From Elusimicrobiota bacterium (GTDB lineage Bacteria > Elusimicrobiota > Elusimicrobia > UBA1565 > UBA9628): a stretch of 64,000 nucleotides of DNA. This document shows positions 40,667 to 50,872 of this stretch, piece by piece. Numbering within the stretch: the stretch's first letter is position 1; every line of letters begins with the position of its first letter. The stretch lies in assembly GCA_016218545.1 (NCBI GenBank), contig JACRDQ010000030.1, positions 256,172 to 320,171 on the forward strand. The letters run 5' to 3'. Position numbers and translations under genes: made by a program. The notes beneath the pieces were generated by a model, which worked only from the letters and a program-made list of their open reading frames with translations, had not been told where the DNA came from and searched no databases.

Positions 40667-40833
40667 GGGGGCTCCTTGTCCGACCCTCTCATTATAGGAG
40701 CGAGAGGAGGGTCCCGTCAATGACGCCGGACACGTCCGGGGGCTAGTCCTTGCGGAACAGGGCCAGCCAGGAGACGGTCACGATGGGGATCACGGACGCG
40801 GCCAGGAGCGCGATGGTGCGCCAGGTCATGAGG

Positions 40834-41133
40834 TCATTCCTTGATGACGAGGTTGTCGACCACCTGCTCGACGCCCCGCGCGTCCTTGGCCGCGCGGCGG
40901 ATGGCCTCTTTCTGTTCCCAGGTGTCCACGAGGCCGGAGAGGGTCACGATCCGGGCGTGCACGTCGATGCTGACGGTGCCGGGCTTGACGCCCCGCTGGC
41001 TGGCCAGGACGCTCTCGATGTTGGCGAGGATGCCGGGGTCCGAGATGTCCGCGTCCCCGGCAGCGGGCATGCCGACGCAGGCGCACAGGCCTGCCAGGCC
41101 GGCGGCCGCGAGCAGGCGGAGGAGAACGCTCAC
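40834..41133 (-). CDS. BON-domain lipoprotein (OsmY-like)
   Basis: Lipobox LAGLCAC. BON domain VSIDVHARIVTLSGLVDTWEQKEAIRRAA. GTG start. Confidence 0.75.
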   Translation of the reverse strand: MSVLLRLLAAAGLAGLCACVGMPAAGDADISDPGILANIESVLASQRGVKPGTVSIDVHARIVTLSGLVDTWEQKEAIRRAAKDARGVEQVVDNLVIKE

Positions 41134-41198
41134 GGAAGAAATGGTAACATTTACGGACGCCCAATGGAACCCGCTCGGGGCCTCGGGCTCCCTGGAAG

Positions 41199-43493
41199 AT
41201 GACGATGAGGATCCTGCTGGCCACCCGGAACCGCCACAAGGCGCGGGAGCTCGCGGCCATGACCGCGGGCAGCGGCGTCGCGTTCGCCCTGCTCGACGAG
41301 TTCCCAGCGTTCCCCGAGACCGTCGAGGACCTCCCCACCGTGGAGGGCAACGCCTCCAAGAAGGCCCGTGAGGCGGCGCTGCGCCTCAAGATGTGGACCT
41401 TGGCCGACGACACGGGGCTCGAGGTCGAGGCGCTCGGCGGGGCTCCCGGCGTCAGAGCCGCGCGCTTCGCGGGCCCGGGCTGCACCTACGCGGACAACAA
41501 CGCCAAGCTCCTCGCCTCCCTCCGGGGGGTGGAAGGTCCGCGCCGCAAGGCGGTCTTCCGCACGGTCATGGCCTTGAGCGATCCGGAGGGCAGGGTCACG
41601 CTCGAGGAGGGCAGGCTCCCCGGCTCCATCGCGTCCGGACCCAGGGGTTCGGCCGGCTTCGGCTACGACCCGCTCTTCCTCGTGGAGGACACGGGCCGGA
41701 CCCTGGCGGAGCTCTCCGACGAGGAGAAGAACCGGGTGAGCCACCGGCGGCGCGCCATGGAGAGGATGCTCCCTCACCTGGCGCGCGTCGCGGCCCTGGG
41801 GCTGGCGCTCCTCTGCTCCTGGACCGCCCCTGCCGCGGCGGGGCGGACCGAGCCGGGGCAGGAGACGATCTGGGACCAGATCATGGCGACCCAGGCCAAC
41901 CGCGGGATGCGGGCCGGGACCCGGCACATGGACGCGCAGCAGTATGACCTGGCCGAGGCCGAGTTCGCCAAGGCCGTGCACTCCAGCCCCAACGACGCCA
42001 ACGCCCACATGCTCCTGGGCGCCGCCTACTACTGGCGCGGCAAGGTGGACATGGCTCTCGGGGAGTTCCGCAAGGCCATCGAGCTCGACGACCGCAACGC
42101 CCAGGCCTGGATGCTCCTGGGCATCGCCATGGCCTGGAAGGGGGAGGCCCTGCCCGCGTACGAGGCGTTCCGCAAGGCGGGCGAGCTCGACGGCGCGCGC
42201 GCCGACATCCAGATGAACATGGGCTCGATCCTGGAGACCATGGGGCGCAACCAGGAGGCCCTCGGCCACTTCCGCAAGGCCGTGAACCTCGAGCCCACGC
42301 ACCCGCTCTACCATTTCCAGCTGGGCATGCTTTACCGGAGGCTCGGCCGCGACGGGGACGCCATCGAGTGCATGAAGGACGCCCTCAAGCTCTACCCGCA
42401 GTACGAGGACGCCCTCCTCGAGTTGGGGGCCGCCGAGGAGCGGCTGGGCCAGGACAAGGCCGCGTCGCACAGCTTCCGGAAGGCCGTCTCCCTCAAGTCG
42501 AAGGACGCGGTCGCCCGGTTCCGGCTGGGCAGACTCCTGCTGCGCGCCGGACAGCGGGCCGAGGCGCGGTCCGTCTTCTCCGACGCCTTCCACCTCACCC
42601 CCGAGGGCGAGGGGGGCGGCCTTCAGCTCTCGGTGGCCTATACCGGGGGCAAGAAGAAGCTCGCGGCCGGGGGCGGCGGGGGCTCCCCCTCGGGCTCCCA
42701 GCCGCCCGGGGAGCCTCCGCCTGCCGACGACCCGCTCTCCGTCTTCGCGCGCAACCTCGAGCGCATCCCGCTCGAGCAGGGCGCGGTCATGAACGTGGAC
42801 GTCGCCATGGTCCCCAAGCCCAAGCTCACCAAGGCCGACGACATCGAGAGCCGCGCTTCTCTCAAGCGCGCCCTGGAGAAGGGGATGAAGCCCGAGCGCT
42901 CCTCCATGAAGCTGGTGCGGCGGGAGTACGACCTGCCCGCGGGGCCGGAGTCGGCCCGGCAGGCCCAGATCAAGAAGATCCTCAACGACCTCTCCGACGT
43001 GGTCAAGAGCGCGCCTCCGGACTCGGACGTGCGCCTGGGCATGAACCTGACCTACAAGCGCCTCACCGACGCCGGGGCCCGGCGCGGGGCGGCCGAGAGC
43101 GCGGCCAAGGTCTCCTTCCAGCCCCGGGAGGTCGGCAACGACATGGGGCTCTGGGTCATCGGCACGGGCTGGATGACCCTCGTCGAGGAGATGCTGCCCG
43201 AGGCCGGGGCCGAGCTCCCGCGGAGCGACGACTCGGACTGGTGGGTGGCCCTGGGCCTGGGCTACGCCACCCTCGGCGACGGCCAGCGCGCCATGACGGC
43301 CTTCGAGCACGCGCTCCGGCACGACGCCCGGCATGAGGTCGCCCTGCTCGGTCGGGGCGTGGCCGCGGTCATGACCGGAGACGAGGCTCGGGCCCTGGCC
43401 GACTACCGCCGGGTCCTCCAGCTCAACCCGGCCAACCGCGCCGCGGCCGAGGGGCTCAAGTGGCTCCTGCGGCCTGTCAGGAGGAAGCAGTGA
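41199..43493 (+). CDS. RdgB/Ham1 non-canonical NTP pyrophosphatase fused in frame to a signal/TM segment and a large TPR-repeat domain
   Basis: Residues 1-195 are RdgB (ILLATRNRHKARE, GFGYDPLF, SHRRRA). Residues 196-215 are a hydrophobic signal-like segment. Residues 220-764 hold many TPR repeats. No stop codon between the two parts. Confidence 0.7.
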   Translation: MTMRILLATRNRHKARELAAMTAGSGVAFALLDEFPAFPETVEDLPTVEGNASKKAREAALRLKMWTLADDTGLEVEALGGAPGVRAARFAGPGCTYADNNAKLLASLRGVEGPRRKAVFRTVMALSDPEGRVTLEEGRLPGSIASGPRGSAGFGYDPLFLVEDTGRTLAELSDEEKNRVSHRRRAMERMLPHLARVAALGLALLCSWTAPAAAGRTEPGQETIWDQIMATQANRGMRAGTRHMDAQQYDLAEAEFAKAVHSSPNDANAHMLLGAAYYWRGKVDMALGEFRKAIELDDRNAQAWMLLGIAMAWKGEALPAYEAFRKAGELDGARADIQMNMGSILETMGRNQEALGHFRKAVNLEPTHPLYHFQLGMLYRRLGRDGDAIECMKDALKLYPQYEDALLELGAAEERLGQDKAASHSFRKAVSLKSKDAVARFRLGRLLLRAGQRAEARSVFSDAFHLTPEGEGGGLQLSVAYTGGKKKLAAGGGGGSPSGSQPPGEPPPADDPLSVFARNLERIPLEQGAVMNVDVAMVPKPKLTKADDIESRASLKRALEKGMKPERSSMKLVRREYDLPAGPESARQAQIKKILNDLSDVVKSAPPDSDVRLGMNLTYKRLTDAGARRGAAESAAKVSFQPREVGNDMGLWVIGTGWMTLVEEMLPEAGAELPRSDDSDWWVALGLGYATLGDGQRAMTAFEHALRHDARHEVALLGRGVAAVMTGDEARALADYRRVLQLNPANRAAAEGLKWLLRPVRRKQ

Positions 43494-44899
43494 GGGTCTT
43501 CAGGAAAGGCGCCGAGCTTCCCGGCAACATGGGTTCCTTCATCCGGCGCGTCCACTTCGTGGGCATCGGCGGGGTCGGGATGAGCGGCATCGCCGAGGTC
43601 CTGCGCAACCTGGGCTACGAGGTCTCCGGCTCGGACCTCAAGGAAACGGAGGTGACCCGCCGGCTCGCCGGGCTGGGCGTCACGGTGCGTCTGGGCCACG
43701 CCGCGTCCCACATCCGGGGCGCCGAGGTGGTGGTCGTCAGCTCCGCCGTGGGCCCGGACAACCCGGAGGTGGCCGCGGCCCGGGAGCAGGGCATCCCGGT
43801 CGTCCAGCGGGCCCTGATGCTCGCCGAGCTCGGCCGCATGAAGAAGACGGTCACCGTGGCCGGGAGCCACGGCAAGACCACCACCACCTCCATGGTCGCC
43901 ATGGCCCTGCGTTCCGCCGGGGCGGACCCGACCATGGTCGTGGGCGGGCAGATCAAGGACATCCGCTCCAACGCCCGCCTGGGCGTGGGCGACTACCTCG
44001 TGGCCGAGGCCGACGAGTCCGACGGGTCCTTCCTGCACCTCTCGCCCTTGGTGGCCGTGGTGACCAACGTGGACGACGACCACCTCGACTTCCACAAGAC
44101 CGTCGAGCGGCTCCGGGAGGCCTTCGCCGAGCATCTGCGCCGGCTCCCCTTCTACGGCGCCGCGGTGCTGTGCGCGGACGACCCTCCCCTCATGGCCCTG
44201 GCTCGCGGCCTCGACCGCCGCGTCATCACCTACGGCTTCGCGAAGTCCGCCCAGTGGCGGGCCGCGGACCTCAAGCTCGCGAGCGCGGGGAGTTCCTTCT
44301 CCGTGCTCTGCCGGGGCCGCCGCCTGGGGACGCTGCGCATGCGGGTGCCGGGAAGGCACAACGTGCTCAACGCCCTGGGCGCCCTGGCGGCCGGGAGCTT
44401 CCTGGGCCTGCCGTTCCGGCGCCTGGCCGCGGGGCTTGCGGAGTTCCGCGGCGTGGGCCGCCGCCTCGACGTCCTCGGCTCGGCCTCGGGCATCGTGTTC
44501 GTGGACGACTACGGCCACCACCCCACGGAGATCGCCGCCACCCTCGACGCCCTGCGCCTCTGGAAGGGCCGGCGCGTGGTGGTCTTCCAGCCGCACCGCT
44601 ACTCCCGGACCAAGCTCCTTGCCCGCCGCTTCGGACCCGCCTTCAAGGCCGCGGACCTCGTCTACGTCATGGACATCTACGCGGCCGGCGAGAAGCCCAT
44701 GCCCGGCGTGACCTCGAGGCTCATCCTCGACTCCCTGCGCCGGGCCCGGGTGCGCTGCGCCCCCTTCGTCTCGGCCCTGGACACCGCGCGCGAGCTGGCG
44801 GCGGGCGACGTCGTCTTGACCCTGGGGGCCGGAGACGTCTGGAAGATCGGCGAGGACCTCCTGCGGCGCAGCCGCAGCCGGTTCACCAGCCCGGTCTGA
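43490..44899 (+). CDS. murC: UDP-N-acetylmuramate--L-alanine ligase
   Basis: HFVGIGGVGMSGIAEVL. Mur ligase middle and C-terminal domains. GTG start overlaps the upstream stop (GTGA); an ATG at 43529 is an alternative. Confidence 0.92.
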   Translation: MRVFRKGAELPGNMGSFIRRVHFVGIGGVGMSGIAEVLRNLGYEVSGSDLKETEVTRRLAGLGVTVRLGHAASHIRGAEVVVVSSAVGPDNPEVAAAREQGIPVVQRALMLAELGRMKKTVTVAGSHGKTTTTSMVAMALRSAGADPTMVVGGQIKDIRSNARLGVGDYLVAEADESDGSFLHLSPLVAVVTNVDDDHLDFHKTVERLREAFAEHLRRLPFYGAAVLCADDPPLMALARGLDRRVITYGFAKSAQWRAADLKLASAGSSFSVLCRGRRLGTLRMRVPGRHNVLNALGALAAGSFLGLPFRRLAAGLAEFRGVGRRLDVLGSASGIVFVDDYGHHPTEIAATLDALRLWKGRRVVVFQPHRYSRTKLLARRFGPAFKAADLVYVMDIYAAGEKPMPGVTSRLILDSLRRARVRCAPFVSALDTARELAAGDVVLTLGAGDVWKIGEDLLRRSRSRFTSPV

Positions 44900-44905
44900 C
44901 GGCCC

Positions 44906-45685
44906 ATGGGAGCCAGGCTCGGCCAGCATTTCCTCAAGGACCCGGTCGTGCGCGGCCGCATCCTCGCCGCGGCGCGCATCCAGCGGGGGGACTCGGTCGT
45001 GGAGATCGGCCCTGGCCGCGGGTTCCTGACCCGGGAGCTCCTGCGCCTCTCGGACCTGACCGCGGTGGAGATGGACGAGCGCCTGGCCGAGTCCCTGCGC
45101 CTGGAGTTGGGCGCGGAGAGCGGCCTGCGCCTCATCGCCTCCGACTTCCTCAAGGTCGAGCCCGCGGCCCTGGGCAGGCCTCCGCTCAAGTTCGTGGCGA
45201 ACCTCCCCTACTCGGTCGCCACGCCTATCCTGCAGAGGATCCTCTCCTGGGACTGCTGGAGCTCCGCGGTGCTCATGTTCCAGAAGGAGGTCGCCCTGCG
45301 CATCACGGCCGGGCCGGGCAGCCGCGACTACGGGCTCCTCACCCTGTCTGCGGCGATCAAGGCCGAGGCCGAGCTCGTGGCCGCGGCCCCTGCCGAGTCC
45401 TTCTCTCCCAAGCCCAAGGTGGAGTCCGCGGTGGTGCTCCTCAGGCGCAGGGCCGCGCCGCTGGTGAGGCCCGAGCGGGAGGACGGCTTCTTCCGCGTGG
45501 CGCGCGCCGCCTTCAGCCAGCGGCGCAAGACCGTCCTCCATCCCCTGTGCGGGGGCCTGGGCATCGGCCGGGAAACCGCCCTGGCCGCGCTCGAGCGCTG
45601 CGGCATCCCGTCCCGGGCCCGGGCCGAGGAGATCCCGCTCGAGGGCTTCCTTAAGCTGGCCGACATCCTGGGCCGACCCGGCTGA
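44906..45685 (+). CDS. rsmA: 16S rRNA (adenine1518/1519-N6)-dimethyltransferase
   Basis: GQHFL, SAM motif VVEIGPGRGFLT, NLPYSVATPI. Confidence 0.9.
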   Translation: MGARLGQHFLKDPVVRGRILAAARIQRGDSVVEIGPGRGFLTRELLRLSDLTAVEMDERLAESLRLELGAESGLRLIASDFLKVEPAALGRPPLKFVANLPYSVATPILQRILSWDCWSSAVLMFQKEVALRITAGPGSRDYGLLTLSAAIKAEAELVAAAPAESFSPKPKVESAVVLLRRRAAPLVRPEREDGFFRVARAAFSQRRKTVLHPLCGGLGIGRETALAALERCGIPSRARAEEIPLEGFLKLADILGRPG

Positions 45686-45725
45686 CGCCCGATTTTTCCC
45701 GTTCGTTCTTGATATACTCTGTGCC

Positions 45726-47462
45726 ATGGGCTTCCTCATCAGGGCGGAGTTCCCGGGCAAGCCGCCGGTCACCAAGGAGCTCGTCGAGGGCGGCCACCTC
45801 GTGCTCGGCCGCGCCAAGCAAGCCACCTTCAGGATCCCGGAGGACCTCGAGATGAGCCGCCTCCACGCCGAGGTCCTCGTGGACAACGGCCTGCTCGTGG
45901 TCCGGCGGAACCCCGAGTCCACCAACCCCGTGTTCCGCGACGGCCGCCCCATGGACGAGTTCGGCCTGGCTCCGGGGGAGAGCTTCCTCATCGGCAAGAC
46001 CAAGTTCACCTTCCTCATCCTCGACGCTCCGGCCGGGGCCGCTCCCGAGGCCGTGGCTCAGTCCCCGGCGGCAAAGAAGCCCTCCGGAGGGGGCGGCGCG
46101 GCCCCGGAGCACGTCGAGCTCCTGACCATGTCCGCCAAGGACCTCTACGCCATGGGCGACCCGGCGGGGAGGCTCAAGTACTCGCATCTCCTCGAGATCC
46201 CGGAGATCCTGCGCAAGCGCGACCGCAAGGACTCCTTCGCCCGCATCGCGGCCGTGCTCCGGGACTCCACGGACGGCGTCTTCGCGTGCGTCGTCACCGA
46301 GGAGGGCGGCGTGCTCGGCGAGGACCGCTCTGCCGGGGCGGTCCGGTACCAGCCGAGCAAGACCCTCATCCGGAAGGCCTGCGCCGAGGCCCCTCAGCCC
46401 ACGGTCTACTCGTGGTCCCAGCCCGCGGGAGAGGTCGCGACGCGGCAGGCCGGGCTCGACTGGGCCGTGTGCGCCGCGGCCCGCATCCCGCACGAGCCCT
46501 CCGTGGTCTTCTACGTGGCCGGGTCCCAGTCCTCGGCGGGCTCGGAGTCCCTCCAGCGCGAGCGCGCCCGTTTCGTGGGGCTCATCGCGGACATGGTCGG
46601 CCGGAGCATGGCCATGGACCGGCTGACCACCTGGGAGGGGCGCCTGGAGCGCTTCTTCGCCGGCCCGGTGGTGAACAAGATCCTGTCCTCGCCGGATCTC
46701 GGGGACATCGAGCCCAGGCTCGCGGTGAGCACCGTGATGTTCTTCGACATCCGCGGCTTCTCCAAGCGCACCGAGGAGAAGAACGAGGACATCCTCCAGT
46801 ACATCGGTGAGCTCCGGCGCGCCATGACGGCCATGACCGCCGTCATCCTCGAGGAGCAGGGCGTGGTGCTCCAGTACATGGGGGACGGCATCCTCGCCTG
46901 CTGGAACGTCCCGTTCCAGGACCTCTCGCACGTGGACCTGGCCTGCCGGGCGAGCCTTCGCATGGCGGAGGCCTTCTCCCGCCAGACCGGCGGCTGGCGC
47001 TGCGGCATCGGGCTCCACTCCGGGGAGGTCGTGGCCGGAGCCATCGGCTCGGAGCAGGTCTTCTCCTACGGGCTGCTGGGCGCCACCGTGAACCAGGCCT
47101 CCCGCGTGGAGGGCATCACCAAGGCCCTCGGCGTCGGGATCCTGGCCACCGAGGACGTGGCCTCCAAGGTCTCCCCTTCCGTGGCCATGCCCGTGCCCGT
47201 GGGACGCTTCCGGCCGGCCGGGATGTCGTCCGCCATCGACCTCTTCGAGCTCACCCCGGCTCCGGGCGACTCCAGGCGCAGGGAAGCGTTCCAGGGAGGG
47301 GTGGCCGCGCTCAAGAGCGGCGACTTCGCCGCCGCGAGCCTGGCCTTCGGCGCCCTGCCTGCCGAGGACAAGCCCGCGGCCTATCTGCGGTCCCTGGCGG
47401 ACAAGCTCTCCAGGACCCCTCCGCGCGATTGGGACGGGGTCATCGAACTCTCCCAAAAATGA
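45726..47462 (+). CDS. FHA-domain-containing class III adenylate/guanylate cyclase
   Basis: N-terminal FHA (HLVLGRAKQATFRIPED...SRLHAEV). C-terminal CYCc domain (VMFFDIRGFS ... QYMGDGILACW ... GIGLHSGEVVAGAIGS). Confidence 0.85.
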   Translation: MGFLIRAEFPGKPPVTKELVEGGHLVLGRAKQATFRIPEDLEMSRLHAEVLVDNGLLVVRRNPESTNPVFRDGRPMDEFGLAPGESFLIGKTKFTFLILDAPAGAAPEAVAQSPAAKKPSGGGGAAPEHVELLTMSAKDLYAMGDPAGRLKYSHLLEIPEILRKRDRKDSFARIAAVLRDSTDGVFACVVTEEGGVLGEDRSAGAVRYQPSKTLIRKACAEAPQPTVYSWSQPAGEVATRQAGLDWAVCAAARIPHEPSVVFYVAGSQSSAGSESLQRERARFVGLIADMVGRSMAMDRLTTWEGRLERFFAGPVVNKILSSPDLGDIEPRLAVSTVMFFDIRGFSKRTEEKNEDILQYIGELRRAMTAMTAVILEEQGVVLQYMGDGILACWNVPFQDLSHVDLACRASLRMAEAFSRQTGGWRCGIGLHSGEVVAGAIGSEQVFSYGLLGATVNQASRVEGITKALGVGILATEDVASKVSPSVAMPVPVGRFRPAGMSSAIDLFELTPAPGDSRRREAFQGGVAALKSGDFAAASLAFGALPAEDKPAAYLRSLADKLSRTPPRDWDGVIELSQK

Positions 47463-49192
47463 CGACGGCGCCCGTCGCGGCCCTGCGCTCGAGGACACTC
47501 CGGCTCGGCCTCGTCCTCTCTTGCGCGGCCCTGCTCCCCGCTCCCTGCTCCGCCGGGTGCGACCAGGGCTCCTACGACGCGGCGTACGCCGCCTGCAACG
47601 CCGATCCCCCGGGGCCCCAGTGCGCCCCGGTCTACAACGAGATGCGCTCCGCCTGCGAGAGCGACCTCCAGAAGGCGATCGCGGCCGTGGACAAGTCCAA
47701 GCCCGCGGATAGGGACGCTGCGGTCGAGGCATTGAGCGACCTCCGCATGAAGATCTACTACGACATGGGCGGGTTCAAGAGCTACGGGATCCTGGGAAGC
47801 TCCGGCAAGCACATCACGGTCGGGGGAGAGAGCTTCAACACTTATGCGAACGAGGCGTGGGAACGCGCGGAGAAGACCTTCGACGATCACGGCTACGAGG
47901 TCTCCGATGACGGCGAGATCCTGGCCGGGCCCGGGGACGGCGAAGAGGCCGGCGACCCTGCCGCGGACCAGAAGCCCGGCGCCGCCGGCAAGCCTCGGTC
48001 CGGGGCGCAGGGTGAGGCCCAGCCGCGGAAGGAGCGGGTCGAGGCTCTGCTCGACCAAGGCAAGGCCGCGGAAGCCGAGGACCTGCTCGACGAGCTCCTG
48101 CAAGACGACCCGGAGAACCCGGAGCTCCTCGCCATGAGGTCCGTGGCCAGGCTCAACCAGGAGGACAAGTCGGGCGCTCTCTCGGATGCCAAGGCCTCCC
48201 TGAAGTCCGACCCTGAGAACAAGACCGCCCAGGAGGTGAAGGATTTCATCGAGCTCACGGGCAGAGCGGCCGGGGTGAGCCTCAAGCTCAAGGGGCCCAA
48301 GTGGGAGTCCAAGGACATGGGCTCCAGGTTCGACGGGAGCGGCGGGGACGGGGCGGCCGGAGCCGGCGGCAAGCTCATGGCCGGCGGAGGCTGGCGGAGC
48401 GGCGGCCCGAGCCGGGCCTCGGGCGGAGGCTACGACGCGGTGGACGCCGGCGGGTCAGGCTGGTCCGCCACGGGGAGCGGTCCCGGAGCAGGGGCCTATG
48501 CCCCGGGCGCGCAGGCCACCCTGCCCATGTCCCAGGGCCTGACCGGCTCGCAGGTGCTCGTGCGCGAGGCGCGCAAGAAGCTCAGGCTCGGGGACCTGAG
48601 CGGCGCCTTCCTCGAAGCCGCCCGCGCCCTGCAGGCCGACGCCAGGAACCCCGCGGCCTGGACCACGCGCGCCGCGGTGTCGAACAAGCTCAAGAACTTC
48701 GACGCCGCCATCGGCGACGCGACCGAGGCTTTGAAGCTCGAGCCCAAGAACGTGCCCGCCATGCTCGAGCGGGGCTACGCGCAGTACAACATGGGGAACC
48801 TCACGGCCGCGCTCGAGGACATCGGCTCAGCCATCAAGATCGAGCCCATGAACGCCCTGGCCTACCTCTACCGGGGCATGATCTTCGAGAAGATGACCCG
48901 CTACACCGAGGCCCTCGCGGATTACGAGACCGCGGCCCGCCTGGACCCCACGCTCCGACAGTTCTGGGAGGATGCCAAGACCCGCCTCCTGGGCGGCGGC
49001 AAGGGCAAGGGCAAGACCGGCCCAGGGGCGCGGAGGCCCGGCCGCGGGCTCTTCTGGCTCATCCCCTCGGGCCTCTCCCTGCTCATCCTCGTCATCTTCA
49101 TCCGCAGGAGGCTCAAGGAACGTGCGCAGCCGGCGGCGGAACCCGAGCCTCCGGCCGGGGCCGAGCCCGGCCAGCCCAAAGACGAGTCCTGA
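47459..49192 (+). CDS. Secreted Cys-rich/TPR protein with C-terminal TM anchor (paralog 1 of 3)
   Basis: Signal peptide, Cys-rich N-domain, low-complexity Gly region, TPR repeats, C-terminal TM. ATG overlaps the cyclase stop (ATGA). Confidence 0.75.
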   Translation: MTTAPVAALRSRTLRLGLVLSCAALLPAPCSAGCDQGSYDAAYAACNADPPGPQCAPVYNEMRSACESDLQKAIAAVDKSKPADRDAAVEALSDLRMKIYYDMGGFKSYGILGSSGKHITVGGESFNTYANEAWERAEKTFDDHGYEVSDDGEILAGPGDGEEAGDPAADQKPGAAGKPRSGAQGEAQPRKERVEALLDQGKAAEAEDLLDELLQDDPENPELLAMRSVARLNQEDKSGALSDAKASLKSDPENKTAQEVKDFIELTGRAAGVSLKLKGPKWESKDMGSRFDGSGGDGAAGAGGKLMAGGGWRSGGPSRASGGGYDAVDAGGSGWSATGSGPGAGAYAPGAQATLPMSQGLTGSQVLVREARKKLRLGDLSGAFLEAARALQADARNPAAWTTRAAVSNKLKNFDAAIGDATEALKLEPKNVPAMLERGYAQYNMGNLTAALEDIGSAIKIEPMNALAYLYRGMIFEKMTRYTEALADYETAARLDPTLRQFWEDAKTRLLGGGKGKGKTGPGARRPGRGLFWLIPSGLSLLILVIFIRRRLKERAQPAAEPEPPAGAEPGQPKDES

Positions 49193-49213
49193 AGCATTTG
49201 ATATGATGGTCGG

Positions 49214-50872
49214 ATGAGGTCCCAAGCCTCGTTGTTTTCAAGGGGCTCCCTTGCTGGACTCATCTCCGCGTGCGTCGTCGTGCCTTCTTTCGCGGCGACC
49301 TGCACCATGGAGAGCTTCTCCTCGGCCATCGGCTGCGTGTGCAGGCGTGACCTCCCGCCGGGATGGGAAAAGCCCTTCGATTGCACGGCCTGCCTCCAAG
49401 GGGTCGAGCGGCTTCGGGCCGCGTGCGAGCAGGAGTACGAGCAAGGCATGGAGAAGGTCCAGGCTGCCAAGACCCCCGCGGAGGTCGAGGCTCAAAAGGA
49501 GGACCTCTATCGGGTTGCTGAGGTCGCGAGCAGAGGCGACATCGCCTTTGACGGCCGCCAGGAGAGGGGGAGGGTCCTCGAGGACCTTGTGCTGGTGGAG
49601 AGCATCCCCGAGCCCCATCAGGTCACGGCGGACATCAACGATATCCAGCAGGGGTTGGTGGATAAGGCCAAGAACGCCCAAGTGGAAGACAAGAAGATCG
49701 AGCCGGACCCCAGCGCTCTTGAAGCGAGGAATAAGAGCCTGGGCTTGGCCATGGACTTCCTGGGGGGGGCGAACATCGCCTTGGGCGGCAAGGATTCCGA
49801 CGGCGCGGTGGAGAGGACCGAGGCGGAGAGGACCGAAGCCGTGAGGACGGAGCAGGCCAAGAAGGACATGGAGGCGGGAAACTCCGAGGCTGCCGAGAAG
49901 TCCGTTGACCAGGCCCTGGCCTCGAACCCTAAGAACCGCGAGGCCCGCGAGGTCCGGGCCCTGGCGCGGATGAACCAGGGCAAGAACGAGGAGTCTCTCG
50001 CGGACGTCCATGAACTGCTCAGGCAGGATCCCAAGAACCAGGTCGCGCTCGACATGAAGACCTACATCGAGTCCTCAGGCCGCCTGGCAGGCAAGACCCT
50101 GAGTCTCAAGAGGCCTGATTTCGGAGGCCATGCCTCGAGAGAGGGTCTGGAAGCGGGTCTTGCCGCTGCCCTGCCTGGCGCCGAGGGCCGTTCTGGCCCT
50201 GGCACGGCCGAGGACGCGGTCCAAGCCGGGGGCCGGTCCTACCGCGGCACCCTGCCCTTGTCGCAGGGGCAGACCCAGGCCCAGGTTCTGGCCAGGGGAG
50301 CCGCCAAGAAGCTCAAGATGGGAGACTTGAGCGCGGCCTTGCTCGAGGCCACGCGCTCCATCAGGGCGGACAAGGGGCATGCCCCGGCCTGGGCCCTGCG
50401 CGCGGCTGTCGCCAACAAGCTCGCCAGGTACGACGCCGCCCTGGCTGACGCGACCGAGGCCCTCAAGCTCGAGCCGGACAACGTGACCGCGCTCCTGGAG
50501 CGGGGCTTAGCCCAGTACGGCATCGCCAACTACGCGGCCGCGCTCGAGGATGTCAGCCGCGCCCTGGCGCTCGAGCCCATGAACGCCCTGGGCTACCTGT
50601 ACCGCGGCATGATCTTCGAGAAGCTCTCCCGGTACAGCGAGGCCCTGTCCGACTACGAGACGGCCGCGCGCCTGGACCCGACTCTGCGCCAGCTCTGGGT
50701 GGACGCCAAGGCGCGCCTCTCGACCGGCAAGGAGACCTCGGTCCGGCGGGGGATCTCCTCGGAGACCGTGGCCTGGCTGGCCTGCGCGGCAGCTCTGGCA
50801 TCGGCAGCAGGCCTTGCCGCGGCCCTGGTCGTGACGCGCAGGAGAGTCCGGGCAGAGGAGAGCCCCTCATGA
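49214..50872 (+). CDS. Secreted Cys-rich/TPR protein with C-terminal TM anchor (paralog 2 of 3)
   Basis: Same architecture. The C-terminal TPR block is near-identical in pattern to paralog 1 (EALKLEP.N.....ERG.AQY...N...ALED...A..(I/L)EPMNAL.YLYRGMIFEK..RY.EAL.DYETAARLDPTLRQ.W.DAK.RL). Confidence 0.75.
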   Translation: MRSQASLFSRGSLAGLISACVVVPSFAATCTMESFSSAIGCVCRRDLPPGWEKPFDCTACLQGVERLRAACEQEYEQGMEKVQAAKTPAEVEAQKEDLYRVAEVASRGDIAFDGRQERGRVLEDLVLVESIPEPHQVTADINDIQQGLVDKAKNAQVEDKKIEPDPSALEARNKSLGLAMDFLGGANIALGGKDSDGAVERTEAERTEAVRTEQAKKDMEAGNSEAAEKSVDQALASNPKNREAREVRALARMNQGKNEESLADVHELLRQDPKNQVALDMKTYIESSGRLAGKTLSLKRPDFGGHASREGLEAGLAAALPGAEGRSGPGTAEDAVQAGGRSYRGTLPLSQGQTQAQVLARGAAKKLKMGDLSAALLEATRSIRADKGHAPAWALRAAVANKLARYDAALADATEALKLEPDNVTALLERGLAQYGIANYAAALEDVSRALALEPMNALGYLYRGMIFEKLSRYSEALSDYETAARLDPTLRQLWVDAKARLSTGKETSVRRGISSETVAWLACAAALASAAGLAAALVVTRRRVRAEESPS

